Assembly: GCA_964441275.1 (NCBI GenBank)
Contig: CAYTUG010000010.1
Span: forward strand, 6,684-70,683
Origin: an uncultured Christensenellaceae bacterium
GTDB lineage: Bacteria; Bacillota; Clostridia; Christensenellales; SZUA-584
DNA: 64,000 bases
Direction: 5' to 3'
Of the stretch, positions 9,769 to 18,899 are shown piece by piece. A program made the position numbers and the translations under genes. The notes under the pieces were generated by a model, which did not search any database, had not been told where the DNA came from, and worked only from the letters and a program-made list of their open reading frames with translations. Numbering within the stretch: position 1 is the stretch's first letter; each line of letters begins with the position of its first letter.

Positions 9769-11285
9769 GCATCACTTTGGCGTGGAAGGAATACGAGCAA
9801 GGGGTTGATTATAAAACGCGTATTGGCCTTTACCGTACCGTAGATTTAAACGAGCGTTTCTATGCCGGGGACCAGTGGGCGGGCATACCGCACGAGGGGT
9901 TGCCAACTCCCGTGGTAAATTTCATCCGATATGCTTCGGCATGGAAAATTGCCGCGGTAACCGACAGGCGCCTTTGTTTAAAATTTATGGCGGAGGGCGT
10001 CAACGATGGAAGCGATATTGGCGTGTACGCGAGGCAGATATCGGCTCACTGCGATCTTTTATGGGAACGGCTTAAAATGGACTATTTAACGAAAGAAGGG
10101 CTAAAACAGGCCGCGATAACCGGCGATTACGTGCAGTATTTTTATTGGGATTCATCGCTTGATACCGGTCAGGCGCTTTCCGGAGATATTGCAACCCAAC
10201 TTATTGACAACGTTAACTATTATCCGGGCAATCCTAACAGCGATGACGTGCAAAATCAACCTTATATAATTTTGTCATTTAGGGAACTGCTCTCAAAAAC
10301 ACGAAAGGAGGCGCGTGATAACGGGTGCGGCAGCTCAAACGAGATAACCGCAGATGAAAATAACGAATACGCCTCGGGAGATTGCGGAAAAATCGAGCTT
10401 GACGACAGCGGCAAATGCAATGTGCTGCTTAAGATGTACAAAAAAGACGGTAATGTGTGGTGTGAAAAATGCGTTAAAAACGCAATGGTGCAGCCGCCAA
10501 AAAACACTATGCTTACGAGATATCCAATTGCCGTTATGAACTGGGACACGCGGAAAAACTCATGCCACGGGGTGGCGGAAGTTACGGGGCTTATCCCCAA
10601 TCAGGTGTTTATTAACAAGATACTTGCGTTGTCGCAGCTTAACCAGATGCAGCTTAGCTTTCCTAAAGTGGTGTATGACCGCACGAGAATACGCGAGTGG
10701 AGCAACAAAGTTGCGGGGGCAATTGCGGTAAACGGGGATATAAGCGGAGCGGCGCAATATCTTTCCCCTCCCGGGATGTCGTATGACGCATGGAAGGGTT
10801 TAAACTCGACATTAGAAACCACTATGAGGATGATGGGCGCAAACGAAGTTACGCTTGGAAACATAAAAAACCCGGACAACACATCGGCTTTTATTGCGAC
10901 AAGGGATGCCGCTCTTGTGCCTTTGCAATCCCAGCAAGAGAGGTTTTATGCTTTCGTTGAAGATATCGGTTTGATATGGCTTGACTTTATTAAGCAGTAT
11001 TACCGGGCGGGGCGCATGATACCCGTTGAGCAAGACGGCGACCGGGTTTTCGTGCCGCTGCCCGATAACGTTTTGCAACAATATTCTATGCGGCTTAAAG
11101 TGGACGTTGGGCCTTCTTCTATGTGGAGCGAGGTTCAAGTTATAAAAACATTAGATAATCTCTTAAAGGGCGGACAGATAAGCTTGAGGCAATACCTTGA
11201 ACGCATGCCGGAGGGGTATATACCGCTTAAGGAAGAGTTAATAACGCAAATCAGCCAAAATGAACTACAGCCGGATGAAATGTAA
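9765..11285 (+). CDS. Phage portal protein (P22/podovirus-like)
   Basis: 506 aa; NERFYAGDQW, PVVNFI, TRYPIAVMNW..RKNSCHG, ANEVTLGN.....NTSAFIA, YLERMPEGYIP motifs typical of podophage portals; position before scaffold and capsid. Confidence 0.85.
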   Translation: MSITLAWKEYEQGVDYKTRIGLYRTVDLNERFYAGDQWAGIPHEGLPTPVVNFIRYASAWKIAAVTDRRLCLKFMAEGVNDGSDIGVYARQISAHCDLLWERLKMDYLTKEGLKQAAITGDYVQYFYWDSSLDTGQALSGDIATQLIDNVNYYPGNPNSDDVQNQPYIILSFRELLSKTRKEARDNGCGSSNEITADENNEYASGDCGKIELDDSGKCNVLLKMYKKDGNVWCEKCVKNAMVQPPKNTMLTRYPIAVMNWDTRKNSCHGVAEVTGLIPNQVFINKILALSQLNQMQLSFPKVVYDRTRIREWSNKVAGAIAVNGDISGAAQYLSPPGMSYDAWKGLNSTLETTMRMMGANEVTLGNIKNPDNTSAFIATRDAALVPLQSQQERFYAFVEDIGLIWLDFIKQYYRAGRMIPVEQDGDRVFVPLPDNVLQQYSMRLKVDVGPSSMWSEVQVIKTLDNLLKGGQISLRQYLERMPEGYIPLKEELITQISQNELQPDEM

Positions 11286-11381
11286 TTATATTTCGTTCAG
11301 TTATCAAAATAGTATAAACTCTAAATGCATTTTTCGCATAATATAAGACAGGGTTGCTGCCTTACCAAAATAGGAAAGTAG

Positions 11382-11786
11382 GTGACGCCCACGCAAGAAG
11401 ATACGTTGGAAAAAGAGCTCAAAGAAGCGTTTAAACGGCTTGAAACGGCAGACAAAGATTGCTCGCTGCTGATAAACAATGTGATTGAAAAAAATGCGGC
11501 CCGTCAAAACGGACGGATTGAGCAGCTGCATGAACAGTTAAGCAAATCGCGCGTTGCGATAGCTGAAACGGGCGGGCAAATTGTTGAGATAAAAGCCATT
11601 ATGCAAGGCGAATTAAAGCTTGTTTATGAAATGATCAACCGCCTGAATGAAAAGATAGAGCGCATAGAAGCTAACACCTCAAAAGAGCAAAACTCTAAGA
11701 TGATGTGGCGCATTGCGCTTATTGCCGCATTGCCGGGCGTAGTATCAATAGTAATAAAAATATTGGAGATCTTTTTAGCCGGTTAG
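11382..11786 (+). CDS. Coiled-coil protein with C-terminal TM helix (XhlA-like phage protein)
   Basis: Heptad-rich N-terminal ~110 aa followed by WRIALIAALPGVVSIVIKILEIFLAG. Confidence 0.55.
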   Translation: MTPTQEDTLEKELKEAFKRLETADKDCSLLINNVIEKNAARQNGRIEQLHEQLSKSRVAIAETGGQIVEIKAIMQGELKLVYEMINRLNEKIERIEANTSKEQNSKMMWRIALIAALPGVVSIVIKILEIFLAG

Positions 11787-11891
11787 AAGAGCCTGCTAAA
11801 CTATATTTGCGTTTAATCGGCAATTAATAAAATGCTTATCAAAGAAGGCTTTAAAGGCCTTTTTTGATACTTAAAAATAAGGAGATTAAAA

Positions 11892-12551
11892 ATGGAAAAC
11901 AATGCCCAACCACAGGCGCAAACGGCAAACCAGCCGGATATTCAAACCGATGTAGAAACCGGGTCAAACGATAAACAAGCGTTTTTAACGGTGCGCTACA
12001 ACAAAGAAGAGTTGCCTTTGTCCCGGGAGGCGGCAACGGAATATGCCCAAAAGGGTTTAAATTACGACAAAATAAGCGGCAGATTATCGCAATTGTCGCA
12101 AAAGGTTGAGGACTATCAGCATATTAACACTCTTGTCAGCGAAATTGCCCAGCAAAACGGAATAAGTGAAAACGACGCTTTCCTTGCACTGCGCCAGCGT
12201 GTGAGCGAAGAAGGCGCAGCACAGGCAAGTATAAACGCTCAGCTTGACGAGTTTATCGCCGCCCATCCGGATTACGATCCTTTGTCTTTGCCGGAAAGCG
12301 TAATAAACGAATGGAAAAGCGGCGTTCCGTTGTGTGATGCTTATGCCGCGTATGAAGAAATTAAAATCAGGCAGGTTAATGCACGGCAAACCAACGAGCA
12401 GAATGCCGCGGCAAGCATGGGGGGCGCGCAGGGAATAGGGGCTGCGGCGCCAAAGCCGCTTTCAAAAGAGGTTATTGCGCAGATGTCGCATTCCGAATTG
12501 GAAAACAACCATGGCAGGATATGGGCATTTTTAACGGGACAGAAAGAATAG
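11892..12551 (+). CDS. Phage capsid scaffolding protein
   Basis: Acidic helical protein, VRYNKEE...AQKGLNYDK motif, C-terminal MSHSELENN coat-binding-like end; directly upstream of the capsid gene. Confidence 0.75.
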   Translation: MENNAQPQAQTANQPDIQTDVETGSNDKQAFLTVRYNKEELPLSREAATEYAQKGLNYDKISGRLSQLSQKVEDYQHINTLVSEIAQQNGISENDAFLALRQRVSEEGAAQASINAQLDEFIAAHPDYDPLSLPESVINEWKSGVPLCDAYAAYEEIKIRQVNARQTNEQNAAASMGGAQGIGAAAPKPLSKEVIAQMSHSELENNHGRIWAFLTGQKE

Positions 12552-12566
12552 AAAGGAGAGATAGAT

Positions 12567-13406
12567 TTGCCTTACGAAAGTTTCAGGCCGGAAATTTTGG
12601 CCAAAGAGCTTATGACCGACAGGGGAAGAGATTGCGTTTTTAAAAACCTTTGCTACAAAGGTCCTATAATCGGCGAGATAGCGAAGAAGGGAGACGTTTT
12701 GCGAATAGCGGGCGTTGGACGCCCTACTGTGCGTGATTATATCCCCGGCAAAGACATAACGCTCGAGCAGAAAAAAAGCTATAACCAGGACCTGTATATA
12801 ACCGAGGCTAAGTATGTCAATGTTGAGGTGGACAGGGTAGATAAAGCGCAGGCGCAGGGAGAGGTGTTCGGGGTTGAAGTGCGGGAAGCAAAAAAGGCGC
12901 TTGCCCAAACGCTTGACGAACACCTTGCCGGGCTGCACAAACAGGCGGGCGGCGTGATAGAGAACAAAAGCTGCAATTCAGCCTCGATACTGTCTACTCT
13001 TGCGCAGGCCGAACAGGCTTTGCTTGAGATGGACGTGCCGTTTGAAGAAGAACGGTTTCTTGTAATATCGCCGGCAATTTATACAAAGCTTGTGCTTGGC
13101 AAGATAGTTTTTTTGCAGTCCAACGCCGAGGTTTTTGGCAAAGGATTTAAAGGAAGCTACTTAAATTTTGGGGTTTATGTGTCAAACTCTATCAAAAAGA
13201 CCGGTGAAGTGCACCATTGCATGGCATTTACCAGGCAGGCGATTGCGCTGGCGGAGCAAATACCGGCAAGCATGATAGAGCGTTATAAGCCCGAAAAAAC
13301 TTTTGCCGATGCCTTTAAAGTGTTGCATCTTTACGGAAGCACGGTTATAAGGCCGTCAGAGCTTATCCGCGTTGATTTAACAACGTCGGAAGAAACACAA
13401 ATATAG
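12567..13406 (+). CDS. Major capsid protein (P22 coat-like, HK97 fold)
   Basis: GEIAKKGDVLRIAGVGRPTVRDY, ITEAKYVNVEVDRVDKAQ, RFLVISP, FADAFKVLHLYGSTVIRP; TTG start behind GAAAGGAG. Confidence 0.85.
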   Translation: MPYESFRPEILAKELMTDRGRDCVFKNLCYKGPIIGEIAKKGDVLRIAGVGRPTVRDYIPGKDITLEQKKSYNQDLYITEAKYVNVEVDRVDKAQAQGEVFGVEVREAKKALAQTLDEHLAGLHKQAGGVIENKSCNSASILSTLAQAEQALLEMDVPFEEERFLVISPAIYTKLVLGKIVFLQSNAEVFGKGFKGSYLNFGVYVSNSIKKTGEVHHCMAFTRQAIALAEQIPASMIERYKPEKTFADAFKVLHLYGSTVIRPSELIRVDLTTSEETQI

Positions 13407-13418
13407 GGGGTGTTGTGT

Positions 13419-13793
13419 ATGGCTAATGTAAGCTTATTCGATATAAGCAAAGGCATGCCCGCCATTTTGCAAACCGAATCTATGACGCCGGCGGCAGCGG
13501 TACAGCAGGTGCCGTGCAAAAAAGATTCGAGGCTGTGCCTAAGGGTTTGCAATGCGAACGAGCAGGAGGACGTTGTGGTGCGGCTTAAAGCGGGCGGCGG
13601 GCCGCGGTGCGTGCTTGGAGATAAAGACATAACGGTAAAGGCGGGAGAGGTTGCGTACATTGCGCTTTGGGACACCGCGCGCTATAAAGATTTGGCAAGC
13701 GGAAACGTTAGCGTTGATTTGGTGGACGGCAACGGCGACGCTCTTAGCGAACAGTTGCTTTTACTGATTACAATAGAGGCGGCGCAGCTTTAA
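13419..13793 (+). CDS. Probable capsid decoration/cement protein
   Basis: 124-aa beta-rich protein immediately after the capsid gene; start moved to ATG 13419. Confidence 0.5.
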   Translation: MANVSLFDISKGMPAILQTESMTPAAAVQQVPCKKDSRLCLRVCNANEQEDVVVRLKAGGGPRCVLGDKDITVKAGEVAYIALWDTARYKDLASGNVSVDLVDGNGDALSEQLLLLITIEAAQL

Positions 13794-13805
13794 AGAAGCC
13801 GGACG

Positions 13806-13833
13806 GGGGGCATACCTGCCCCCTTAAATTTTT
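13806..13833 (+). terminator. Terminator-like hairpin after the capsid/decoration genes
   Basis: GGGGGCA-TACC-TGCCCCC stem followed by TTAAATTTTTT. Confidence 0.6.
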
Positions 13834-13853
13834 TAATTTTGGAGGTTGAGAAT

Positions 13854-14216
13854 ATGACTGCACAAGAAGCGTATGAGATGTCGCTTGCGCTTATCGACCA
13901 AGCCGAAGGCATTGATACTGCCGACTATGCATCAAGAGCGCCTGCTTTAATAGATGTGCTGCAGCGCGAACTTGCTTTTTATGAGGGAACAGCCGTCACA
14001 AGGCGGATAAAGAAACTTGAAGATATTTTGGAGATAGGGGAAGATACTGCAGAACGCATACTTCCCTATGGTTTGGCCGCAAACTTTGCGCTGTCCGATA
14101 AAAACGCGGATATGTATTCGGATTACAGTGCAATGTATCGCGCGCTTATTCGCACGATAAGGCCTGAAGATTCCGATATAACAGACGAGTACGGAGTTTT
14201 GGAGGGGCTTAAGTGA
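13854..14216 (+). CDS. Probable head-tail adaptor (P22 gp4 / tail tubular A-like)
   Basis: 120 aa helical, ILPYGLAANF motif, position between capsid and tail tube B; ATG 13854 behind GGAGG. Confidence 0.55.
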   Translation: MTAQEAYEMSLALIDQAEGIDTADYASRAPALIDVLQRELAFYEGTAVTRRIKKLEDILEIGEDTAERILPYGLAANFALSDKNADMYSDYSAMYRALIRTIRPEDSDITDEYGVLEGLK

Positions 14217-14267
14217 TAATCCGCCATTACCCGGGCGGGCAAACCCCAACGCAAGGAGCGAACTGCT

Positions 14268-16094
14268 ATGGAAAGAATAAAAGAGATTATGCTGCCCGAA
14301 TTAAACGGAGGGCTTAATGTTAACGATCCGGAGTATGCAATACTCGACAGCCAGAGCCACGATATGCTCAACATGTGGTACAGGGGAAAATCCTTAGTCA
14401 AGCGCAACGGTCAGGCTTTGATCGATTGCGGGATAGCGGGCGAGGTGCAAAGCATATCGCCGCTTTACTGCGATTACTATGTTGTGCATTCGAACGATAG
14501 GCTTTATAAATGGCGAGGAAATGAGGCGCAGCTGTTAAAGAGCGGCGTTGCAAGCGCCGAGGGCGTTTTTTGTGAGTTTTGCGGTACACTATATTATCTT
14601 GACGGAAATGAAATATGGGAAATCGCGCCTGATTTTAGCGTAAAGGAAGCGCGTCCTTACATACCTGTGGTAATTATAAACGCTCATCCCGACCTATCGG
14701 GCGGAGATGATAACGAGGCGTACAATATAATAGGTGCTGGATTTTGCGTAAAATACAATGGCGATGAAACATCGGCAGTGTATTCGCTGCCGCAAAAAGA
14801 GATTGACGAGACCGCGGTTTTGGTAAGCATAGACGCAGCCGATTTGAATGAAGGCGAGCATTTTAGCGTGGATAGAACGCAGGGCATTGTGAATTTTGCC
14901 GAAGGGACAAGCCCGAACGGGCCGCCCGGCGCAGGCACTAATAATGTATGGATTAGCGCGTTTAAAACGGCGCCGGAAAACAAACGGAAAATTACGGGGT
15001 GCAAAATAGCTTTGCCTTTCGGCGGGGAGGCATCCGGCATATTCGGGGGCACCAGGGTTTTTGTAACGGGCAACCCAAAGCATGCAAGAACGTACTGGCA
15101 CAGTGACTTAGGGCATGGATTGGGGAGCGGTATGCGTTATTTTCCGGATACTTGCGAAGAACATTTAAACCAAAACAATCAGCCGATAACCGCGGCGGCA
15201 AAAATGGGGGGAGAGCTCGTATTATTTAAACAGAGTTCGATATTTGTGCTTGGGTACGTATTCGACGGAGTTGACGCGTTTTACCCGGTAAGGGAGTGCC
15301 ACAGCGCCATTGGTTGTGATATGCCGAAAAGTTTAGCATTGATTGACAACGCGCTTGTTTTTGCGAATTCGAGCAGCGGAGTGCACATGCTAACGTCTAC
15401 CGACAACAAATCTGAAAACGTGGTAAAGCCGTTATCGGCAAATATAAATAAACTGCTTCTTAGTGAACCCGGGCTGCGCGATGCGTGTTCTATCGATCAC
15501 GGCAGGTACTATTGGTTATGTGCAGGAGGGCGGGCGTATCTTTGGGATTATGAGCAGACACCGTTTTATGACTTTGCAGATTACAAAAAAGCTCAACGCA
15601 GGCTTGCGTGGTATAGGTTTGATAACATAGACGCAAATGTTTTATGCGCCGATGCCGATACGCTTTATTACGGCGGCAAAAAGGGCATAGTATTATTCTG
15701 CAAAAATAAAAGCGACTTTGGCAGAAAATATGACGCTTATTTTACAACTAAGGCGTTTGATTTGATGTGTCCAAACAGATTAAAAACATTTCTAAAAGTA
15801 TATCCGAGTTTTGCGGCGCAGGGTAACATAAAAGCAACCGTTACCATATCAAGCGAAACCCATGATGTGTTTTCGAAACGAGTATTTGATATAAAGTCGT
15901 TTTCGTGGCTCGATTTTAACTGGAGCACATTTACGTTTGACGTTATAAAATTTTCAAGAACTTATGTTGTGCGTTTATCTATGCGGCGCGCCGCCTACAT
16001 ACAAATAAAGGTATCGGGAAGCGATAAAGACAGAGACGTGGGGATATCGGCGCTTAGGATAGAATACTGCTTTAACAACAAATTAAGGAGGTAA
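14268..16094 (+). CDS. Tail tubular protein B / DNA-stabilisation-like (P22 gp10 / T7 gp12-type beta-propeller)
   Basis: 608 aa; LNGGLNVND...MLNMW start, repeated beta-blade character, TRVFVTGNP, YFPD, VRECHSAIGCD motifs. Confidence 0.7.
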   Translation: MERIKEIMLPELNGGLNVNDPEYAILDSQSHDMLNMWYRGKSLVKRNGQALIDCGIAGEVQSISPLYCDYYVVHSNDRLYKWRGNEAQLLKSGVASAEGVFCEFCGTLYYLDGNEIWEIAPDFSVKEARPYIPVVIINAHPDLSGGDDNEAYNIIGAGFCVKYNGDETSAVYSLPQKEIDETAVLVSIDAADLNEGEHFSVDRTQGIVNFAEGTSPNGPPGAGTNNVWISAFKTAPENKRKITGCKIALPFGGEASGIFGGTRVFVTGNPKHARTYWHSDLGHGLGSGMRYFPDTCEEHLNQNNQPITAAAKMGGELVLFKQSSIFVLGYVFDGVDAFYPVRECHSAIGCDMPKSLALIDNALVFANSSSGVHMLTSTDNKSENVVKPLSANINKLLLSEPGLRDACSIDHGRYYWLCAGGRAYLWDYEQTPFYDFADYKKAQRRLAWYRFDNIDANVLCADADTLYYGGKKGIVLFCKNKSDFGRKYDAYFTTKAFDLMCPNRLKTFLKVYPSFAAQGNIKATVTISSETHDVFSKRVFDIKSFSWLDFNWSTFTFDVIKFSRTYVVRLSMRRAAYIQIKVSGSDKDRDVGISALRIEYCFNNKLRR

Positions 16095-16097
16095 GAT

Positions 16098-17030
16098 ATG
16101 GCGTTTGACAGGATGGCTTTTGAACCGCCGGAAGGTTTGCGCAATTCGGAATATTATCCGACTGCGCCCGAAAGCGAAGCTGATGCGCGCGAACAAGTGC
16201 AAGGGGTTTCCGACCAGATTAAAGAATTCTTAAACGAAACATTGCTGCCGCAGGTTGAGAATGCGGCCGCAGGCTGCTCGGGTGCGCAAAAAATAGGCAG
16301 CGAGGAGATACAAGGGGTTGACGGGACAAATGTTTTTGCGCAGATTGTCAGCCTTAAAACGCAGATAGACGATGTTTCGGCAGGCAGCGTCAGCGATGGT
16401 TCTATCACTACCCAAAAGATTGCGGAAGCTGCGGTTACCAAAGCAAAGGTTGCAAACAATGCGATTGGGGAGGCGCAATTAGCCCCAAGCGCCGTCACTC
16501 AAGAAAAGATTTGTAACGGAGCGGTCAGCGGAACGAAGATAGCCGAAAGCGCGGTTGCAGGCAACCATATAATGCCGGCGGCGGTATCGGGTGCGCATAT
16601 TGCCGACGGGGCGATCGGCAATACAAAGATAGCGGCGGGCGCGGTTAGCGCAACGAAGATTGCGGACGGGTGCGTTACCAAGTCCAAACTTTCACAAGCT
16701 GCGCTTGGATGGTCATTGGTGTTGGAAGAAGGGTTGAATTCGGGAAACGGAAGCATAGACATGCCGAGCCAGGCGGGCAAATCCGAAATGATGATACAGC
16801 TAAAAAGCGCGGACGGGATAGTGGCGTATGGCGAATCTGTTGCGCCCCTGAACGCGGAAGGGCGCACCATACCATATATGCACAACATAAGCACTTTCAA
16901 CCCCGGCAATTTCTCAGTGGATTACAGAACGATAACGGTGGGGGCTGTACAGATAAGCTACACATCTTCAAGAGCGGAAACAGTAGGAGGCTCAACCAAT
17001 CTTAAGCGGATAAGCGTTTTTACAAGATAG
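16098..17030 (+). CDS. Tail fibre/spike-like protein with decapeptide repeats
   Basis: Last gene of the module; ten 10-aa repeats of GAV(T/S)xxKIAx type; distinct beta-rich C-terminal domain. Confidence 0.65.
   Translation: MAFDRMAFEPPEGLRNSEYYPTAPESEADAREQVQGVSDQIKEFLNETLLPQVENAAAGCSGAQKIGSEEIQGVDGTNVFAQIVSLKTQIDDVSAGSVSDGSITTQKIAEAAVTKAKVANNAIGEAQLAPSAVTQEKICNGAVSGTKIAESAVAGNHIMPAAVSGAHIADGAIGNTKIAAGAVSATKIADGCVTKSKLSQAALGWSLVLEEGLNSGNGSIDMPSQAGKSEMMIQLKSADGIVAYGESVAPLNAEGRTIPYMHNISTFNPGNFSVDYRTITVGAVQISYTSSRAETVGGSTNLKRISVFTR
16398..16697 (+). repeat. Ten tandem 30-nt / 10-aa repeats inside the tail fibre gene
   Basis: aa 101-200: GSITTQKIAE AAVTKAKVAN NAIGEAQLAP SAVTQEKICN GAVSGTKIAE SAVAGNHIMP AAVSGAHIAD GAIGNTKIAA GAVSATKIAD GCVTKSKLSQ. 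Confidence 0.9.
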
Positions 17031-17149
17031 CGGTATGGTTGCAAAAAGCGCATACACAAGAAAAGCTGTTGCGCCTTTTTGAAGTTGAGGTATAATAGAA
17101 CATATAGTAACAAAACATAACATAGAGGAACTGCCGAAAGGAAGCTGAC

Positions 17150-17944
17150 ATGCTAAAGCAAAACCGGCAAGCGCAGATACTTGAAATGCTGCATAATGAC
17201 GGCGAGGTAATGATAAGCAAGCTAAGCCGTCATTTTGGAGTAGCGGAGATGACCATACGGCGTGATCTTGATTCGCTTGCGCAAAACGGGCAGATTTTGC
17301 GAATACATGGAGGTGCGGTACCCAAAGAACAGGGCTTAGAACAAGCCGGAACAGGCAAACCGAAGATTGACAACAAACAAGCCAAAATAGCAGTGGCATG
17401 CAAGGCGCTTTCATTTATTTGCGATGGCATAACAGTATATTTTGATTCGGGAGACATAAACTTTATGTTGGCGCAGCTTCTGCCCGTCTCTTATCATATA
17501 ACGGCGTTGACCAATTCCATACCCACGGCGACAGAGCTTATCAAGCGTCCTTTCGTTTCGGTTATAATGGTCGGCGGAGAGATAAAAAAAAGCGCTTTGG
17601 CGTGCAGGGGCCCGGCGGCCGAAGAGTTTATTGGGCGTTTTAGGGTTGATCTTGCTTTTATGGACGTTAGCGCGATAGGGGCGCGCGGCGAGCTGTTTGT
17701 GAGCAGCGTTTTGGAGGCGGGGTTTAAAAAGAATGTATTGGCGGCGGCGGGACAAAGCATAGTTGTTGCCGATTCTTCGAAAATTGGCAAGCACAGCCTA
17801 TGCAGCTTTGGAGACGCTTATCAGATCGCCGCAATTGTAACGGACGATGGTATTGAACCTTCGCATCTATCAATGCTGCACAAATGCGGCGCACAGGTTA
17901 CTGTGGCAAAAAGCGAAGGGCAGAGGGCTTCGCTGTTAGGTTAG
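17150..17944 (+). CDS. DeoR/GlpR family transcriptional regulator
   Basis: HFGVAEMTIRRDLDSL..RIHGGA HTH; YFDSG, VVADSSKIG sensor-domain motifs. Confidence 0.93.
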   Translation: MLKQNRQAQILEMLHNDGEVMISKLSRHFGVAEMTIRRDLDSLAQNGQILRIHGGAVPKEQGLEQAGTGKPKIDNKQAKIAVACKALSFICDGITVYFDSGDINFMLAQLLPVSYHITALTNSIPTATELIKRPFVSVIMVGGEIKKSALACRGPAAEEFIGRFRVDLAFMDVSAIGARGELFVSSVLEAGFKKNVLAAAGQSIVVADSSKIGKHSLCSFGDAYQIAAIVTDDGIEPSHLSMLHKCGAQVTVAKSEGQRASLLG

Positions 17945-18017
17945 CGGTATTTTTTAATCCGGGTATAAACGGGTTTAAATACAGAATGTTATCGCTCGGT
18001 TTTGGAGGGAAAAAAAT

Positions 18018-18374
18018 ATGTCATTTTGCTGGTGTACAATACATGTGCGCAACATGGAAGAATCGCTCTTGTTTTATCAGGATATTGTGGGGCTAAGATT
18101 AACGCGCCGGTTTAACGAAACGCCCGGTACGGACATATCTTTTTTGGGCGACGGAGAAACGCAAATCGAGCTGATAGTCGGAAAGGGCGAGCCGTATTCG
18201 GGCGGCGGAATAGCGATAGGGTTTATGGTTGGCAGCCTTGAAAAGAAGATGGAGTTTGTTATCGGAAAAGGATTAAAAATTCACAGCGGCCCTTTTTCGC
18301 CAAGCGCCCGCACTCGTTTTTTCTTCGTGCAGGACCCAAACGGAGTGCTTGTGCAGTTTGTTGAACAAAAATAA
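18018..18374 (+). CDS. VOC/glyoxalase family protein
   Basis: TIHVRNMEESLLFYQDIVGL and FFFVQDPNGVLVQFVE. Confidence 0.9.
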   Translation: MSFCWCTIHVRNMEESLLFYQDIVGLRLTRRFNETPGTDISFLGDGETQIELIVGKGEPYSGGGIAIGFMVGSLEKKMEFVIGKGLKIHSGPFSPSARTRFFFVQDPNGVLVQFVEQK

Positions 18375-18380
18375 TAGCCA

Positions 18381-18899
18381 TTATCTGCCGGCTACAACGG
18401 ATTCATAATCAACCGGAGTATTCGTTTTATTTATCTCGTTTATCATTAACGCGCGCAAATATCCCCTGGCGCAAGTAACGGAGTGCACAAAATATCCGTT
18501 TTTTTCGTACAGAGCGACAACGGAGGGCATGCAGGCGGCGGTGTGCAGCGCAATAGCGCTAACGTTTAAGGCAACGCATTCCTGCTTCACTTTTTCAATA
18601 AGCAGCTTCCCAACCCCAAAAGATTGGTATCTTGGATGTACCGCAAGCCTTGAAAGGTAAGCGGTCTGACTGCCTAACAACTCAAACCGCACAGCCCCGA
18701 TTGCGATATTGTCAATTTCACATAAGTAAACTTCTTTTTGCTCAATATCTTTTTTTATATCATCAATTGTTTCGTTGAGCGCCGCTACGTTATTTTTTTG
18801 GCCGATAGAACGCGCATAATCTAAAAAAGCTTTTCGGGTTAAAGATTTTACCGCATTGGCATCGTTGATCGACGCTTTTCTGATGACGGCGTTTAGCAT
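18381..18899 (-). CDS. GNAT family N-acetyltransferase, translationally coupled to argF
   Basis: YLSRLAVHPRYQSFGVGKLL motif A; start overlaps the argF stop at 18899. Confidence 0.88.
   Translation of the reverse strand: MLNAVIRKASINDANAVKSLTRKAFLDYARSIGQKNNVAALNETIDDIKKDIEQKEVYLCEIDNIAIGAVRFELLGSQTAYLSRLAVHPRYQSFGVGKLLIEKVKQECVALNVSAIALHTAACMPSVVALYEKNGYFVHSVTCARGYLRALMINEINKTNTPVDYESVVAGR

Larger units (their letters stand above)
9568..17030 (+). mobile_element. Phage-derived podovirus-like head/tail gene module (no terminase, integrase or replication genes at this locus)
   Basis: Nine co-oriented, uninterrupted ORFs in portal-scaffold-capsid-decoration-adaptor-tail order between panE and a DeoR regulator. 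Confidence 0.85.

Noticed and set aside
12567-13406. Encapsulin nanocompartment
   Set aside because: The shell gene sits with portal, scaffold, adaptor and tail genes and has no cargo enzyme next to it, so a virion-type origin fits better.
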